From Promethearchaeia archaeon (GTDB taxonomy: Archaea; Asgardarchaeota; Lokiarchaeia; Sigyniarchaeales; SOKP01): a stretch of 13,354 nt of DNA. The stretch covers positions 1 through 13,354 of the forward strand of contig JAHQWJ010000150.1 in assembly GCA_029856125.1 (NCBI GenBank), in the 5' to 3' direction. A program made the translations under genes and the position numbers. Under the pieces are notes generated by a model. That model was not told the origin of the DNA and made no database searches. It saw nothing but the letters and a program-made list of their open reading frames with translations. Shown here in pieces: positions 1 through 7,419 of the stretch (position 1 is its first letter; each line of letters opens with the position of its first letter).

Positions 1-362
1 GTTGGTTCTGGCCAATGTAGCAAATAGAGGTCAACATAGTCTAATCCTAAATTGTTTAGACTTCTATTAAACGCTTTTAATGCCTTCTCGTATTTAAATG
101 AATCAATCCAAAGCTTTGTAGTAATGAAAATATCTTCTCGTTTTATACCTTGTTCTTCTAAGGAGAGCTTTATACCCTTTCCAACCCCCTTTTCATTTCC
201 ATAAATCCTTGCTGTATCAATATGTCTATACCCATTACTTATGGCCAATTGTACCGCATTTACAATTGTCTCGCCTTCAGATATTTCCCATGTACCTAAT
301 CCGAAAAGAGGCATCTCAACGCCATTGTTCAATTTAACCTTAGAATTAATATTTAAACTCAT
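1..362 (-). CDS. Aldo/keto reductase (2,5-diketo-D-gluconate reductase-like), N-terminal 120 aa; runs off the window start
   Basis: Absent from the ORF track; hand translation from ATG at 362 gives MSLNINSKVKLNNGVEMPLFGLGTW...GYRHIDTARIYGNEKGVG...REDIFITTKLW...LGLDYVDLYLLHWPEP. The AKR catalytic tetrad is present: D (IDTA), Y (YGNE), K (TTKLW), H (LLHWP). GGTGA lies 6 nt upstream of the ATG, and the gene is 17 nt downstream of the ThDP enzyme, so co-transcription is likely. Confidence 0.95.
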   Translation of the reverse strand, partial: MSLNINSKVKLNNGVEMPLFGLGTWEISEGETIVNAVQLAISNGYRHIDTARIYGNEKGVGKGIKLSLEEQGIKREDIFITTKLWIDSFKYEKALKAFNRSLNNLGLDYVDLYLLHWPEP

Positions 363-379
363 AATTTCTCACCAATTAA

Positions 380-2170
380 TTAATCAACCTTTTTAGTAGA
401 AGCAGCCGTTTTATCCGGATCAACGAGTATTTCTACAATAGAAGGTTTCCCAGAGCGTATAGCGTTTTGCAGTGCTTCATCCAGTTTGTCTGGTGTAGTA
501 ACTCTTATTCCAAACCCTCCACATGATTCAGCAAATTGGGCAAAATTTGGGTTAGGAAATTCAACGCCAAATATGGGATAGCCATCGCGTACTAATTCCT
601 TTTTAATGTTCTTCAATACGCTATCGTTAAACACTATAGCAATTATATTTAATTTTTCTCTCACAGCAGTTGTAAAATCAGCCATTAACATGCCAAAACC
701 ACCATCTCCAGCCACGCATACTACTTGTCTATCTGGAAAGTCTAACTTTGCAGCTAAAGCTGCAGGTAAGGCGAAACCCATACTTGCCATATTCGCATTT
801 AAGTAAGGTCTATGCCCTTCACAAAGAAATTTCTTGTAGAACCAATATGTGTGGTCTCCTACATCTACGGTTATAATTGCATCGTGATCTAAATGTCTTC
901 TTAATGCTTGTATCACAAAGCCTGGATTGATAGGAACAGAAAAGTCTTTCGATTCCTTTTCTAATTCTTCCATATGTCGAAGTTTCATGTCGAAGACTTG
1001 GAATAAAAAGTCTTCATTTTCTTCTTTTTCTTCGATTAGTGGTACTAATTTTTCCAAAACTCGATGTCCGTCTCCAACCAATCCCACATCTACATCAAAA
1101 GTCTTTCCGATCCTTGTTGGATCCTTGTCAATTTGCACAAACTTTACTCCAGGCGATACCAGATTTGCTTGCCTAAAACCAGATCCAATAATAATAATTA
1201 AATCGCAGTCCCTTATAGCCTTGGCAGCGTATTTTGTCCCTATAGAACCTAGTACTCCTAAAGAATATTGAGAGGTTTCATGAACAACTCCTTTAGCCCG
1301 AGAAGTGGTTGCTATAGGCGCTTTTAATTTTTTAGATAGTTCCATAAGCAATTCTCCAGAAAACCGGGAACCCCAACCTCCGAAAATTACCGTTCTATTG
1401 CACCTATTAATTAAATCTGCAGCTTTTTGAATGTCTTGTTCAGCTGAAACCGATTCGCTACCAAAAATCCTCTTACTAGGGTCAATAATTAAATCGTCCA
1501 ATTTATCAGCTAATACATCTGTAGGACAACTCAATACTGATAATCCAGGTTTTTTTAGAGCATATTTGGCTGCCATCATGGTCAATTTCATAGCTTGGTT
1601 AGCCCTCGCAACAGTTTCTGCATATTCGGCAAAGGGGCGAAATAAAGATATTTGAGATATTTCTTGAAATGCCTCGCTTCCAAGGTAAACTTCAGCTACT
1701 TGACCTACGAGTGCTAATACGGGGCTTCTGTCAGTAGCCGAATCCATCAATCCCGTGATTAAATTAGTTGCACCCGGACCAGCAATAGACATACACACTC
1801 CTAATTTACCAGTTATTTTTCCGTGAGCCGAAGCCATAAAGGCTGCCGTTTCTTCGTGTCGCGTTAAAATAAAATCGATATTATCGTTTTTCCTTATAGC
1901 ATTGAGAAGAGGTAGATTAGATTCTCCAGGTATACCGTAAACATGCGTAACTCCAAACGCTACTAATTGTTCAATAATTTTTTCTGCAACATTAGTTTCA
2001 ATACTTTCATCTCCTTTACTCACACCTTCAGCAACAAAAGCAGATTTAGGAGCACCACATACGGGGCAATTCCATGAATCAGGTAAATCCCCGAAGTTCT
2101 GATCTTCATTCTTCTCATCGTAAATGTAATTGCACACAGAACATCTATATTTAGCCAATAAATTCACCAT
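380..2170 (-). CDS. Rubredoxin-fused thiamine diphosphate-dependent enzyme, pyruvate oxidase (PoxB)/acetolactate synthase superfamily; the true start may be TTG at 2158
   Basis: N-terminal [12 protein letters not shown]...[17 protein letters not shown] is a rubredoxin (2x CxxC). It is followed by [14 protein letters not shown] (catalytic Glu), [14 protein letters not shown], an FAD-domain-type [12 protein letters not shown] and the ThDP motif GDGGFGM...VFND. GGTGA (2168-2164) sits 5 nt before TTG-GCT-AAA-TAT, which would give the typical rubredoxin start MAKYRC. Confidence 0.9.
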   Translation of the reverse strand: MVNLLAKYRCSVCNYIYDEKNEDQNFGDLPDSWNCPVCGAPKSAFVAEGVSKGDESIETNVAEKIIEQLVAFGVTHVYGIPGESNLPLLNAIRKNDNIDFILTRHEETAAFMASAHGKITGKLGVCMSIAGPGATNLITGLMDSATDRSPVLALVGQVAEVYLGSEAFQEISQISLFRPFAEYAETVARANQAMKLTMMAAKYALKKPGLSVLSCPTDVLADKLDDLIIDPSKRIFGSESVSAEQDIQKAADLINRCNRTVIFGGWGSRFSGELLMELSKKLKAPIATTSRAKGVVHETSQYSLGVLGSIGTKYAAKAIRDCDLIIIIGSGFRQANLVSPGVKFVQIDKDPTRIGKTFDVDVGLVGDGHRVLEKLVPLIEEKEENEDFLFQVFDMKLRHMEELEKESKDFSVPINPGFVIQALRRHLDHDAIITVDVGDHTYWFYKKFLCEGHRPYLNANMASMGFALPAALAAKLDFPDRQVVCVAGDGGFGMLMADFTTAVREKLNIIAIVFNDSVLKNIKKELVRDGYPIFGVEFPNPNFAQFAESCGGFGIRVTTPDKLDEALQNAIRSGKPSIVEILVDPDKTAASTKKVD

Positions 2171-2403
2171 AATGTCAAATATACAAAATTAGTTATTAAT
2201 AGAATCAGATTCAATAAGAAATAAATGTAAGGTCTATAATTTTAAAATTCAACCTTTAAATTCTAAATATTATTCCTTTTAAAAGTTAGATGTGATAAAA
2301 TTATTCGAAATCATTATCTAAGAATATGTAGAAATCCAATATGTTTTTATTTAACGAGGCTTTATTTTTCACAATCTTATTTATACTGAGATCGGTGTAT
2401 AGA

Positions 2404-3276
2404 ATGAAAGATGAAGATAAGCTTAATCAAACAATTACGTTAAAAGACGGTAGGAAACTTGGATATATCGAATTAGGTAGATCTGATGGAAAGCCTTTGT
2501 TTCATTTTCATGGTTTTCCAGGATCTCGTTTAGAGGCGAATCTTCTAGCTGATAGAATAGGAGAGATGAATCTTAGACTTATAGGAATAGATAGACCGGG
2601 AATGGGACTCTCAGATTTTAAAAAAAATCGCTCACTCTTAGATTGGCCAGATGATGTTGTTGAATTAGCCGATGTTTTAAGAATCGATAAATTCGCAGTT
2701 GAAGGAATATCAGGAGGGGGTCCATATGCTGCAGCTTGTGCTTATAAAATTCCTGAGCGATTAACATCTTGTGGGATAATTAGTGGAGTAGCTTCAAAAG
2801 ACCTAGAAATTGAAAAAAAAATGAAATTATTTTCGATCATTCGATTATTTCCTTGGTTATTCAGGTTGATGATATGGATTAAATCTCGTGGTATGAAGGA
2901 TTTAGAAAAAGCAGAGAAAAACTTGAAGAAAGCTTTGATAAAATTTCCAGAAGCTGATAGAAAAGTATTAGATGATCCTCAAATTCTTTCTAAGTTTATT
3001 AAGGAAAGTGCTGAAGCATTTCGTCAAGGTAGTAAAGGAGCATATCATGAAGGAAAAATCTACGCTAAATCTTGGAGTTTTAACCTTGAAGATATATCTT
3101 CAAAACTTAAAGTGTATATATGGCATGGAGAAGCGGATGAAGCTGTACCTGTAGCTATGGGTCGCGAGATGTGCAATTTAATCCCTAATTGTGTAGGGAA
3201 ATTTTATCCAGGTGAAGGACACTATTCTACGATTTTTAACTATTATGAAGACATAATCGATGCTTTAACTTCTTAA
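2404..3276 (+). CDS. Alpha/beta fold hydrolase (Ser-Asp-His); probable start ATG 2404 rather than 2341
   Basis: Family-typical N-terminus LKDGRKLGY, oxyanion HGFPGSR, DRPGMGLS, nucleophile elbow GISGGG, acid HGEADEAVP, His in GEGHY. The extra 21 codons from 2341 are low-complexity AT-rich sequence, and GGTG lies 7 nt before ATG 2404. Confidence 0.9.
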   Translation: MKDEDKLNQTITLKDGRKLGYIELGRSDGKPLFHFHGFPGSRLEANLLADRIGEMNLRLIGIDRPGMGLSDFKKNRSLLDWPDDVVELADVLRIDKFAVEGISGGGPYAAACAYKIPERLTSCGIISGVASKDLEIEKKMKLFSIIRLFPWLFRLMIWIKSRGMKDLEKAEKNLKKALIKFPEADRKVLDDPQILSKFIKESAEAFRQGSKGAYHEGKIYAKSWSFNLEDISSKLKVYIWHGEADEAVPVAMGREMCNLIPNCVGKFYPGEGHYSTIFNYYEDIIDALTS

Positions 3277-3404
3277 ATCTACTAATTTCTTAGTTTATTA
3301 ATTTCAGAACCTTGAAATTCATTTATTGAATATTAGTATAAACTTTTTTTATGAACCTATTTCTAATAACCTTATAAGTAAACAATTTATGGTTGTTATA
3401 AATT

Positions 3405-4784
3405 TTGAATTACCGCACAGAAAAAGATGTTTTAGGCGAAGTAGAAGTCCCAAACGATGTATACTGGGGAATTAGCACTCAAAGAGCTATCCAGAATTTC
3501 CAAATTAGTGGTAAGAGATTCCCTAATATATTTATCATGTCGTTAGCACAGCTTAAAAAAGCGTGTTTATTAGCAAACATGGAGTTGGGCTTAATCGATG
3601 AAGAAATTGGAACTCCCATCTTACAGGCTGTAAACGAGATCTTAAACGAAGAGAAACACTTAGATCAATTTCCAATTGATATCTATCAAACTGGAAGTGG
3701 GACTCAAACAAACATGAACATGAACGAAGTTTTAGCTAATCGAGCCTCTCAAATCTTAGGATCTCCTATGGGCAAAAAATATCCCGTCCATCCTAATGAT
3801 CACGTAAATAAAAGCCAATCTTCTAACGATGTCATCCCAAGTACGATGCACGTCTCTATTGTGCATCTGATCCAAAAATTAAAGCCAGTATTAAACAATT
3901 TAATAGAAGTCCTCGACGCCAAAATTGAAGAATTCGAAGATATTATCAAAGTAGGAAGAACTCATTTACAGGATGCCGTTCCAATACCATTATCGCTAGA
4001 GTTTAAAGTTTACAAAAAACAAATCGAAACTAATATTGAGCGATTAGATAAGGTCTTGGATGAGTTATTCTACATTCCAATAGGTGGTACTGCGTTAGGA
4101 ACTGGATTGAACGCTCATAAAGATTTTGATAAACTCACTGTATCCCACCTCTCAAAAATAACTTCGCTATCCTTTAAAATCAATCCCGTAAAAGCAGAGG
4201 GAATATCCTCGCACAATACCATAGCGTACGCTAGTAGTAGTTTAAAACTATTAGCATTATCGCTCTTAAAAATGGCAAACGATATACGATGGATGGGTAG
4301 TGGTCCAAGAGCTGGCCTTTCAGAATTAATTTTACCGCAAAATGAACCGGGATCGTCTATAATGCCTGGAAAGATTAATCCTACTCAATCGGAAGCTTTA
4401 ATTCAAGTTTGCCTTCAAGTAATTGGAAATGATTCTGCCGTTACGAGTGGAGAAATGTATGGAAGCATACTGGATTTAAATATGAGTAAACCTCTGATGA
4501 TCGTAAATGCTCTCGAATCAATTGACATTTTAATAGGTGGAATTAAATCGTTTATTGGCAACTGTTTAGTAGACCTAAAAGCAAATGTGGAGCAAATTGA
4601 CTCGAACTTAGAGCAAATGTTAATGCTTGTTACTAACCTAACACCGATAATAGGCTACGATAAATGTTCTGAAATTGCTCAACGGGCTTACAAAGAAGGA
4701 AAATCGTGTAAAGTAGTAATTAAACAGATGGGTTTAAAAATTGACAACTTGGACGAGCTTTTAGACCCTAAAAATATGGTATAG
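3405..4784 (+). CDS. fumC: Fumarate hydratase class II (TTG start)
   Basis: Motifs RTEKDVLGEVEVP, QTGSGTQTNMN, HPNDHVNKSQSSND, GRTHLQDAVP and the signature GSSIMPGKINP. QTGSGT and THLQDAVP favour fumarase over aspartase. Confidence 0.93.
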   Translation: MNYRTEKDVLGEVEVPNDVYWGISTQRAIQNFQISGKRFPNIFIMSLAQLKKACLLANMELGLIDEEIGTPILQAVNEILNEEKHLDQFPIDIYQTGSGTQTNMNMNEVLANRASQILGSPMGKKYPVHPNDHVNKSQSSNDVIPSTMHVSIVHLIQKLKPVLNNLIEVLDAKIEEFEDIIKVGRTHLQDAVPIPLSLEFKVYKKQIETNIERLDKVLDELFYIPIGGTALGTGLNAHKDFDKLTVSHLSKITSLSFKINPVKAEGISSHNTIAYASSSLKLLALSLLKMANDIRWMGSGPRAGLSELILPQNEPGSSIMPGKINPTQSEALIQVCLQVIGNDSAVTSGEMYGSILDLNMSKPLMIVNALESIDILIGGIKSFIGNCLVDLKANVEQIDSNLEQMLMLVTNLTPIIGYDKCSEIAQRAYKEGKSCKVVIKQMGLKIDNLDELLDPKNMV

Positions 4785-4804
4785 GAGAATATAGAGGTAA
4801 AAGT

Positions 4805-5860
4805 ATGACATTAGAAGAATTGACTTTAACTGAGGTTCGAGAGGAAGCTAAGAAAAAACTCATGGGAGTGTGTGGAGTATATAAAATATGCGATGGGGAT
4901 GCAATGCGAATTTGTCAAGGTCAGAGCTATGGAAGACCGCTTGGATTTGGTGGAATTGGAAGCGGGGCTTCTTTTAATAACAATGTTCTAGCGTTGAAAA
5001 AATTGAAGCTAAAAATGAAAACAATTGGAGATCATTTTGAAGCAGATACTACATATGATTTTTTTGGTAGAGAACTATCGATGCCAATAATGGGGGCGAG
5101 CATAGCAGGTGTAAATAGTTTTGGTGGAGAAAAGGTAATTTCAGAAAAAGAATTCTGCCGTTCAGTGGTTCTTGGTTGTAAGGATGCGGGAACAATAGGC
5201 TGGCGGGGTGACACTTATACTTATTCGATTGATAACTCTTACGGAATTGACGCAATTGCTGAAGCAGGTGGACTTGGTGTTAAAATCGTGAAACCAAGAG
5301 AACAAGAAACTATCATTGAATTCTTTAAAAAAGCTGAAAAAGCGAAAAGCGTGGCTGTTGGTGTGGATATAGATGGTTGTGGGTCTTATGCTATGGCTAC
5401 TCACAATAAACCTGTCTTTAAGAAGAATATTGACGATCTTAAAGAGTTTGTATCATCAACAAAATTACCCGTAATCGTAAAGGGAATTATGAGTATAGAA
5501 GATGCTGTCACCGTAAAGGATGCAGGAGCAGCTGCAATAGTTGTCTCTAATCATGGGGGGAGAGTTTTAGATCATACTCCTGGAACTGTAGAAGTCCTTC
5601 CTGAAATTGTTGCTGAACTTGAGGGAAAAATTCGAATACTTATAGACGGAGGATTTCGAACCGGATACGATGTTTTAAAAGCGCTAGCCCTTGGTGCTGA
5701 ATCTGTGTTAATTGGTCGAGACATCGTTAGGGCTGCTGTTGGAGCGGGAGTAGAAGGTGTACGAATTCAAATGGAACATTTACAGAAAACCTTAGCGAAG
5801 GCGATGAAAATGACAAATTGTAAGGATTTAAACGAAGTTAATAAATTCATTCTACATTAA
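4805..5860 (+). CDS. FMN-dependent alpha-hydroxy-acid oxidase/dehydrogenase family protein (L-lactate oxidase/LldD-like; substrate uncertain)
   Basis: Motifs LPVIVKGI, the family signature VVSNHGGRVLD (catalytic His/Arg), and the FMN-phosphate motif DGGFRTGYDVLKALALGA...IGR. GAGGT at 4794-4798; 20 nt downstream of fumC. Confidence 0.88.
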   Translation: MTLEELTLTEVREEAKKKLMGVCGVYKICDGDAMRICQGQSYGRPLGFGGIGSGASFNNNVLALKKLKLKMKTIGDHFEADTTYDFFGRELSMPIMGASIAGVNSFGGEKVISEKEFCRSVVLGCKDAGTIGWRGDTYTYSIDNSYGIDAIAEAGGLGVKIVKPREQETIIEFFKKAEKAKSVAVGVDIDGCGSYAMATHNKPVFKKNIDDLKEFVSSTKLPVIVKGIMSIEDAVTVKDAGAAAIVVSNHGGRVLDHTPGTVEVLPEIVAELEGKIRILIDGGFRTGYDVLKALALGAESVLIGRDIVRAAVGAGVEGVRIQMEHLQKTLAKAMKMTNCKDLNEVNKFILH

Positions 5861-5866
5861 TTTTTT
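5861..5866 (+). terminator. Candidate oligo-T (archaeal-type) terminator after the alpha-hydroxy-acid oxidase gene
   Basis: TTTTTT immediately follows the TAA stop with no hairpin. T-runs are common in this AT-rich DNA, so support is weak. Confidence 0.3.
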
Positions 5867-5890
5867 AATATCTCCTATTTTATCACGAGT

Positions 5891-5906
5891 TTAAGAAATA
5901 TTTATT
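5891..5906 (+). promoter_or_regulatory. Putative BRE/TATA promoter for citrate synthase copy 1
   Basis: TTAAGAAATATTTATT is matched at the same offset before copy 2 (TTAAGAAATATATATC); a purine-rich block is followed by a TATA-like box. Confidence 0.45.
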
Positions 5907-5915
5907 TTGCCACTC

Positions 5916-5956
5916 TACTTTAAGGTAGTATTAGGATTTAATAAGCAAATAAGGTA
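5916..5956 (+). repeat. 41-bp conserved upstream element, copy A (includes the AAGGT ribosome-binding motif)
   Basis: TACTTTAAGGTAGTATTAGGATTTAATAAGCAAATAAGGTA is 40/41 identical to 7371-7411; both copies start 49 nt before their ATG. Confidence 0.95.
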
Positions 5957-5964
5957 TCTAAATC

Positions 5965-7212
5965 ATGAAAGAGGATACAAGAAAAATTGGTGAAGATTAC
6001 AATGATGCTGGACCCGAGGTCAGTGATCTAGATCATCCAAAGATACATAAAGGTTTGGTTGGACTCTATGTGGATGAGAGTTTGATTACGTATATTGATG
6101 GAATAAATGGTAAATTATATTATCGCGGTTATCCTGTCAAAGAGTTATGTGAGAATTCCACATTTGAGGAAGTTGCTTATTTGCTTATATATGGAAAGCT
6201 TCCAAGTAATTCTGAGTTTAATGCGTTTAAAGATTTATTAATCAAGGAAAGAAATATTCCAGATAATATTATTAGCATTCTAAAAAGTTTTCCAAGGAAC
6301 ACTACGAGGATTGAACTCCTAAGAACAGCAATCTCCGCTCTTTCGTTATATGATCCAGACGATTATGATTATACAGAGCCGGCCAATATTAGGAAAGGGC
6401 TTCGAATTGTAGCCAAAATGCCAACTTTACTAGCATTTGCTCATAGGATTCAAACTAATTTGCCTCTTGTGGAACCTTCAGAAGATCTTTCTCATTCTGC
6501 AAATTATTATTATATGATGACGGGAAATAAACCAAGTAAGGATTTTGAAGAAGCATATGATGATGTATTAATTTGTCATGCAGATCACTCTATTAATTCA
6601 TCAACTTTCTCATGTCGTGTAACGGTCTCAACGCTCTCAGATATTTATAGTGGTATTACAAGCGCTATAGGTACACTGAGAGGCCCTCTACACGGTGGGG
6701 CAAATGAGGCGGTCATGAAATATATGGTTAATGAGATAAAGAGAAAAGAGCGTGTTATTCCGTGGGCAGAGAAAAAGTTAGCAAGAAAAGAAAAAATTAT
6801 GGGATTCGGTCACCGCGTTTATAAGACGTGGGATCCTCGTGCTGTTATCCTTCGAGATATAGCAATGAATTTTTTCAAAAAAGCTCAAAATGGTGAATTA
6901 ATTGACAAAATTCCTAATAATGGACATAATATTCATGATGAAGTCGATTATATAGTAGAAATGACTGAGATTCTCAACGATTATATGATAAAAACTAAGC
7001 AAATTTATCCAAATGTTGATCTTTTTTCTGCAGGATTACTACATACATTAGGTATTCCTACTGCTTCTTTTACACCTCTATTTGCTGCGAGTAGATCGGC
7101 GGGATGGGTTGCTCACGCCATAGAACAACTCAAAGATAACAAATTAATCAGACCAAGACTTCGATATATTGGTAAACTAGATAAAAAATATGCGAAAATT
7201 GAAGAGAGGTAA
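5965..7212 (+). CDS. gltA: Citrate synthase (Si-type; citrate/2-methylcitrate synthase family), tandem copy 1
   Basis: Motifs KGL, GKLYYRGY, FEEVAYLL, HADH, catalytic GPLHGGANE, GFGHRVYK, DPR, PNVD and LIRPR. Confidence 0.93.
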   Translation: MKEDTRKIGEDYNDAGPEVSDLDHPKIHKGLVGLYVDESLITYIDGINGKLYYRGYPVKELCENSTFEEVAYLLIYGKLPSNSEFNAFKDLLIKERNIPDNIISILKSFPRNTTRIELLRTAISALSLYDPDDYDYTEPANIRKGLRIVAKMPTLLAFAHRIQTNLPLVEPSEDLSHSANYYYMMTGNKPSKDFEEAYDDVLICHADHSINSSTFSCRVTVSTLSDIYSGITSAIGTLRGPLHGGANEAVMKYMVNEIKRKERVIPWAEKKLARKEKIMGFGHRVYKTWDPRAVILRDIAMNFFKKAQNGELIDKIPNNGHNIHDEVDYIVEMTEILNDYMIKTKQIYPNVDLFSAGLLHTLGIPTASFTPLFAASRSAGWVAHAIEQLKDNKLIRPRLRYIGKLDKKYAKIEER

Positions 7213-7221
7213 GTAAATGAA

Positions 7222-7266
7222 ATGAATAAAATTGATATTCGGAACAATATAAAATTCAAAAAATAA
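7222..7266 (+). pseudogene. Truncated relic of the acnA 5' end (MNKIDIRNNIKFKK*)
   Basis: ATG is 9 nt after the copy-1 stop, exactly as acnA is 9 nt after the copy-2 stop. MNKIDIRNNIK aligns with AcnA MNEIEIQNKLR, 23/33 nt identical without gaps. Confidence 0.7.
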
Positions 7267-7345
7267 GGAATTCTAATTTAAACGCTAAATCATCTTTTTG
7301 TGAATGCCCTCTCTTATTTATTTTCAAAGTTAATGATTTAAAAGC

Positions 7346-7361
7346 TTAAGAAATATATATC
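7346..7361 (+). promoter_or_regulatory. Putative BRE/TATA promoter for citrate synthase copy 2 and acnA
   Basis: TTAAGAAATATATATC starts 74 nt before the ATG, the same offset as the copy-1 motif. Confidence 0.45.
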
Positions 7362-7370
7362 TTTCTTTTT

Positions 7371-7411
7371 TACTTTAAGGTAGTTTTAGGATTTAATAAG
7401 CAAATAAGGTA
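7371..7411 (+). repeat. 41-bp conserved upstream element, copy B
   Basis: TACTTTAAGGTAGTTTTAGGATTTAATAAGCAAATAAGGTA differs from copy A by a single A/T substitution. Confidence 0.95.
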
Positions 7412-7419
7412 ACTCAAAT

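Noticed and set aside
606-1655. Three short + strand ORFs (606-806, 927-1271, 1431-1655)
   Set aside because: Antisense shadows of the well-supported ThDP enzyme, with no recognisable motifs.
2238-2285. Palindromes AATTTTAAAATT and CTTTTAAAAG in the divergent intergenic region
   Set aside because: Almost pure A/T and expected by chance at this composition.
2341-2403. Hydrophobic 21-aa N-terminal extension of the hydrolase that looks like a signal or TM segment
   Set aside because: Probably translated AT-rich promoter DNA; ATG 2404 has a GGTG motif upstream and gives a family-typical start.
5916-7411. The 41-bp repeat as a CRISPR repeat, att site or mobile-element end
   Set aside because: There are only two copies, each at the homologous position of a gene duplication, with no spacers, cas, integrase or transposase.
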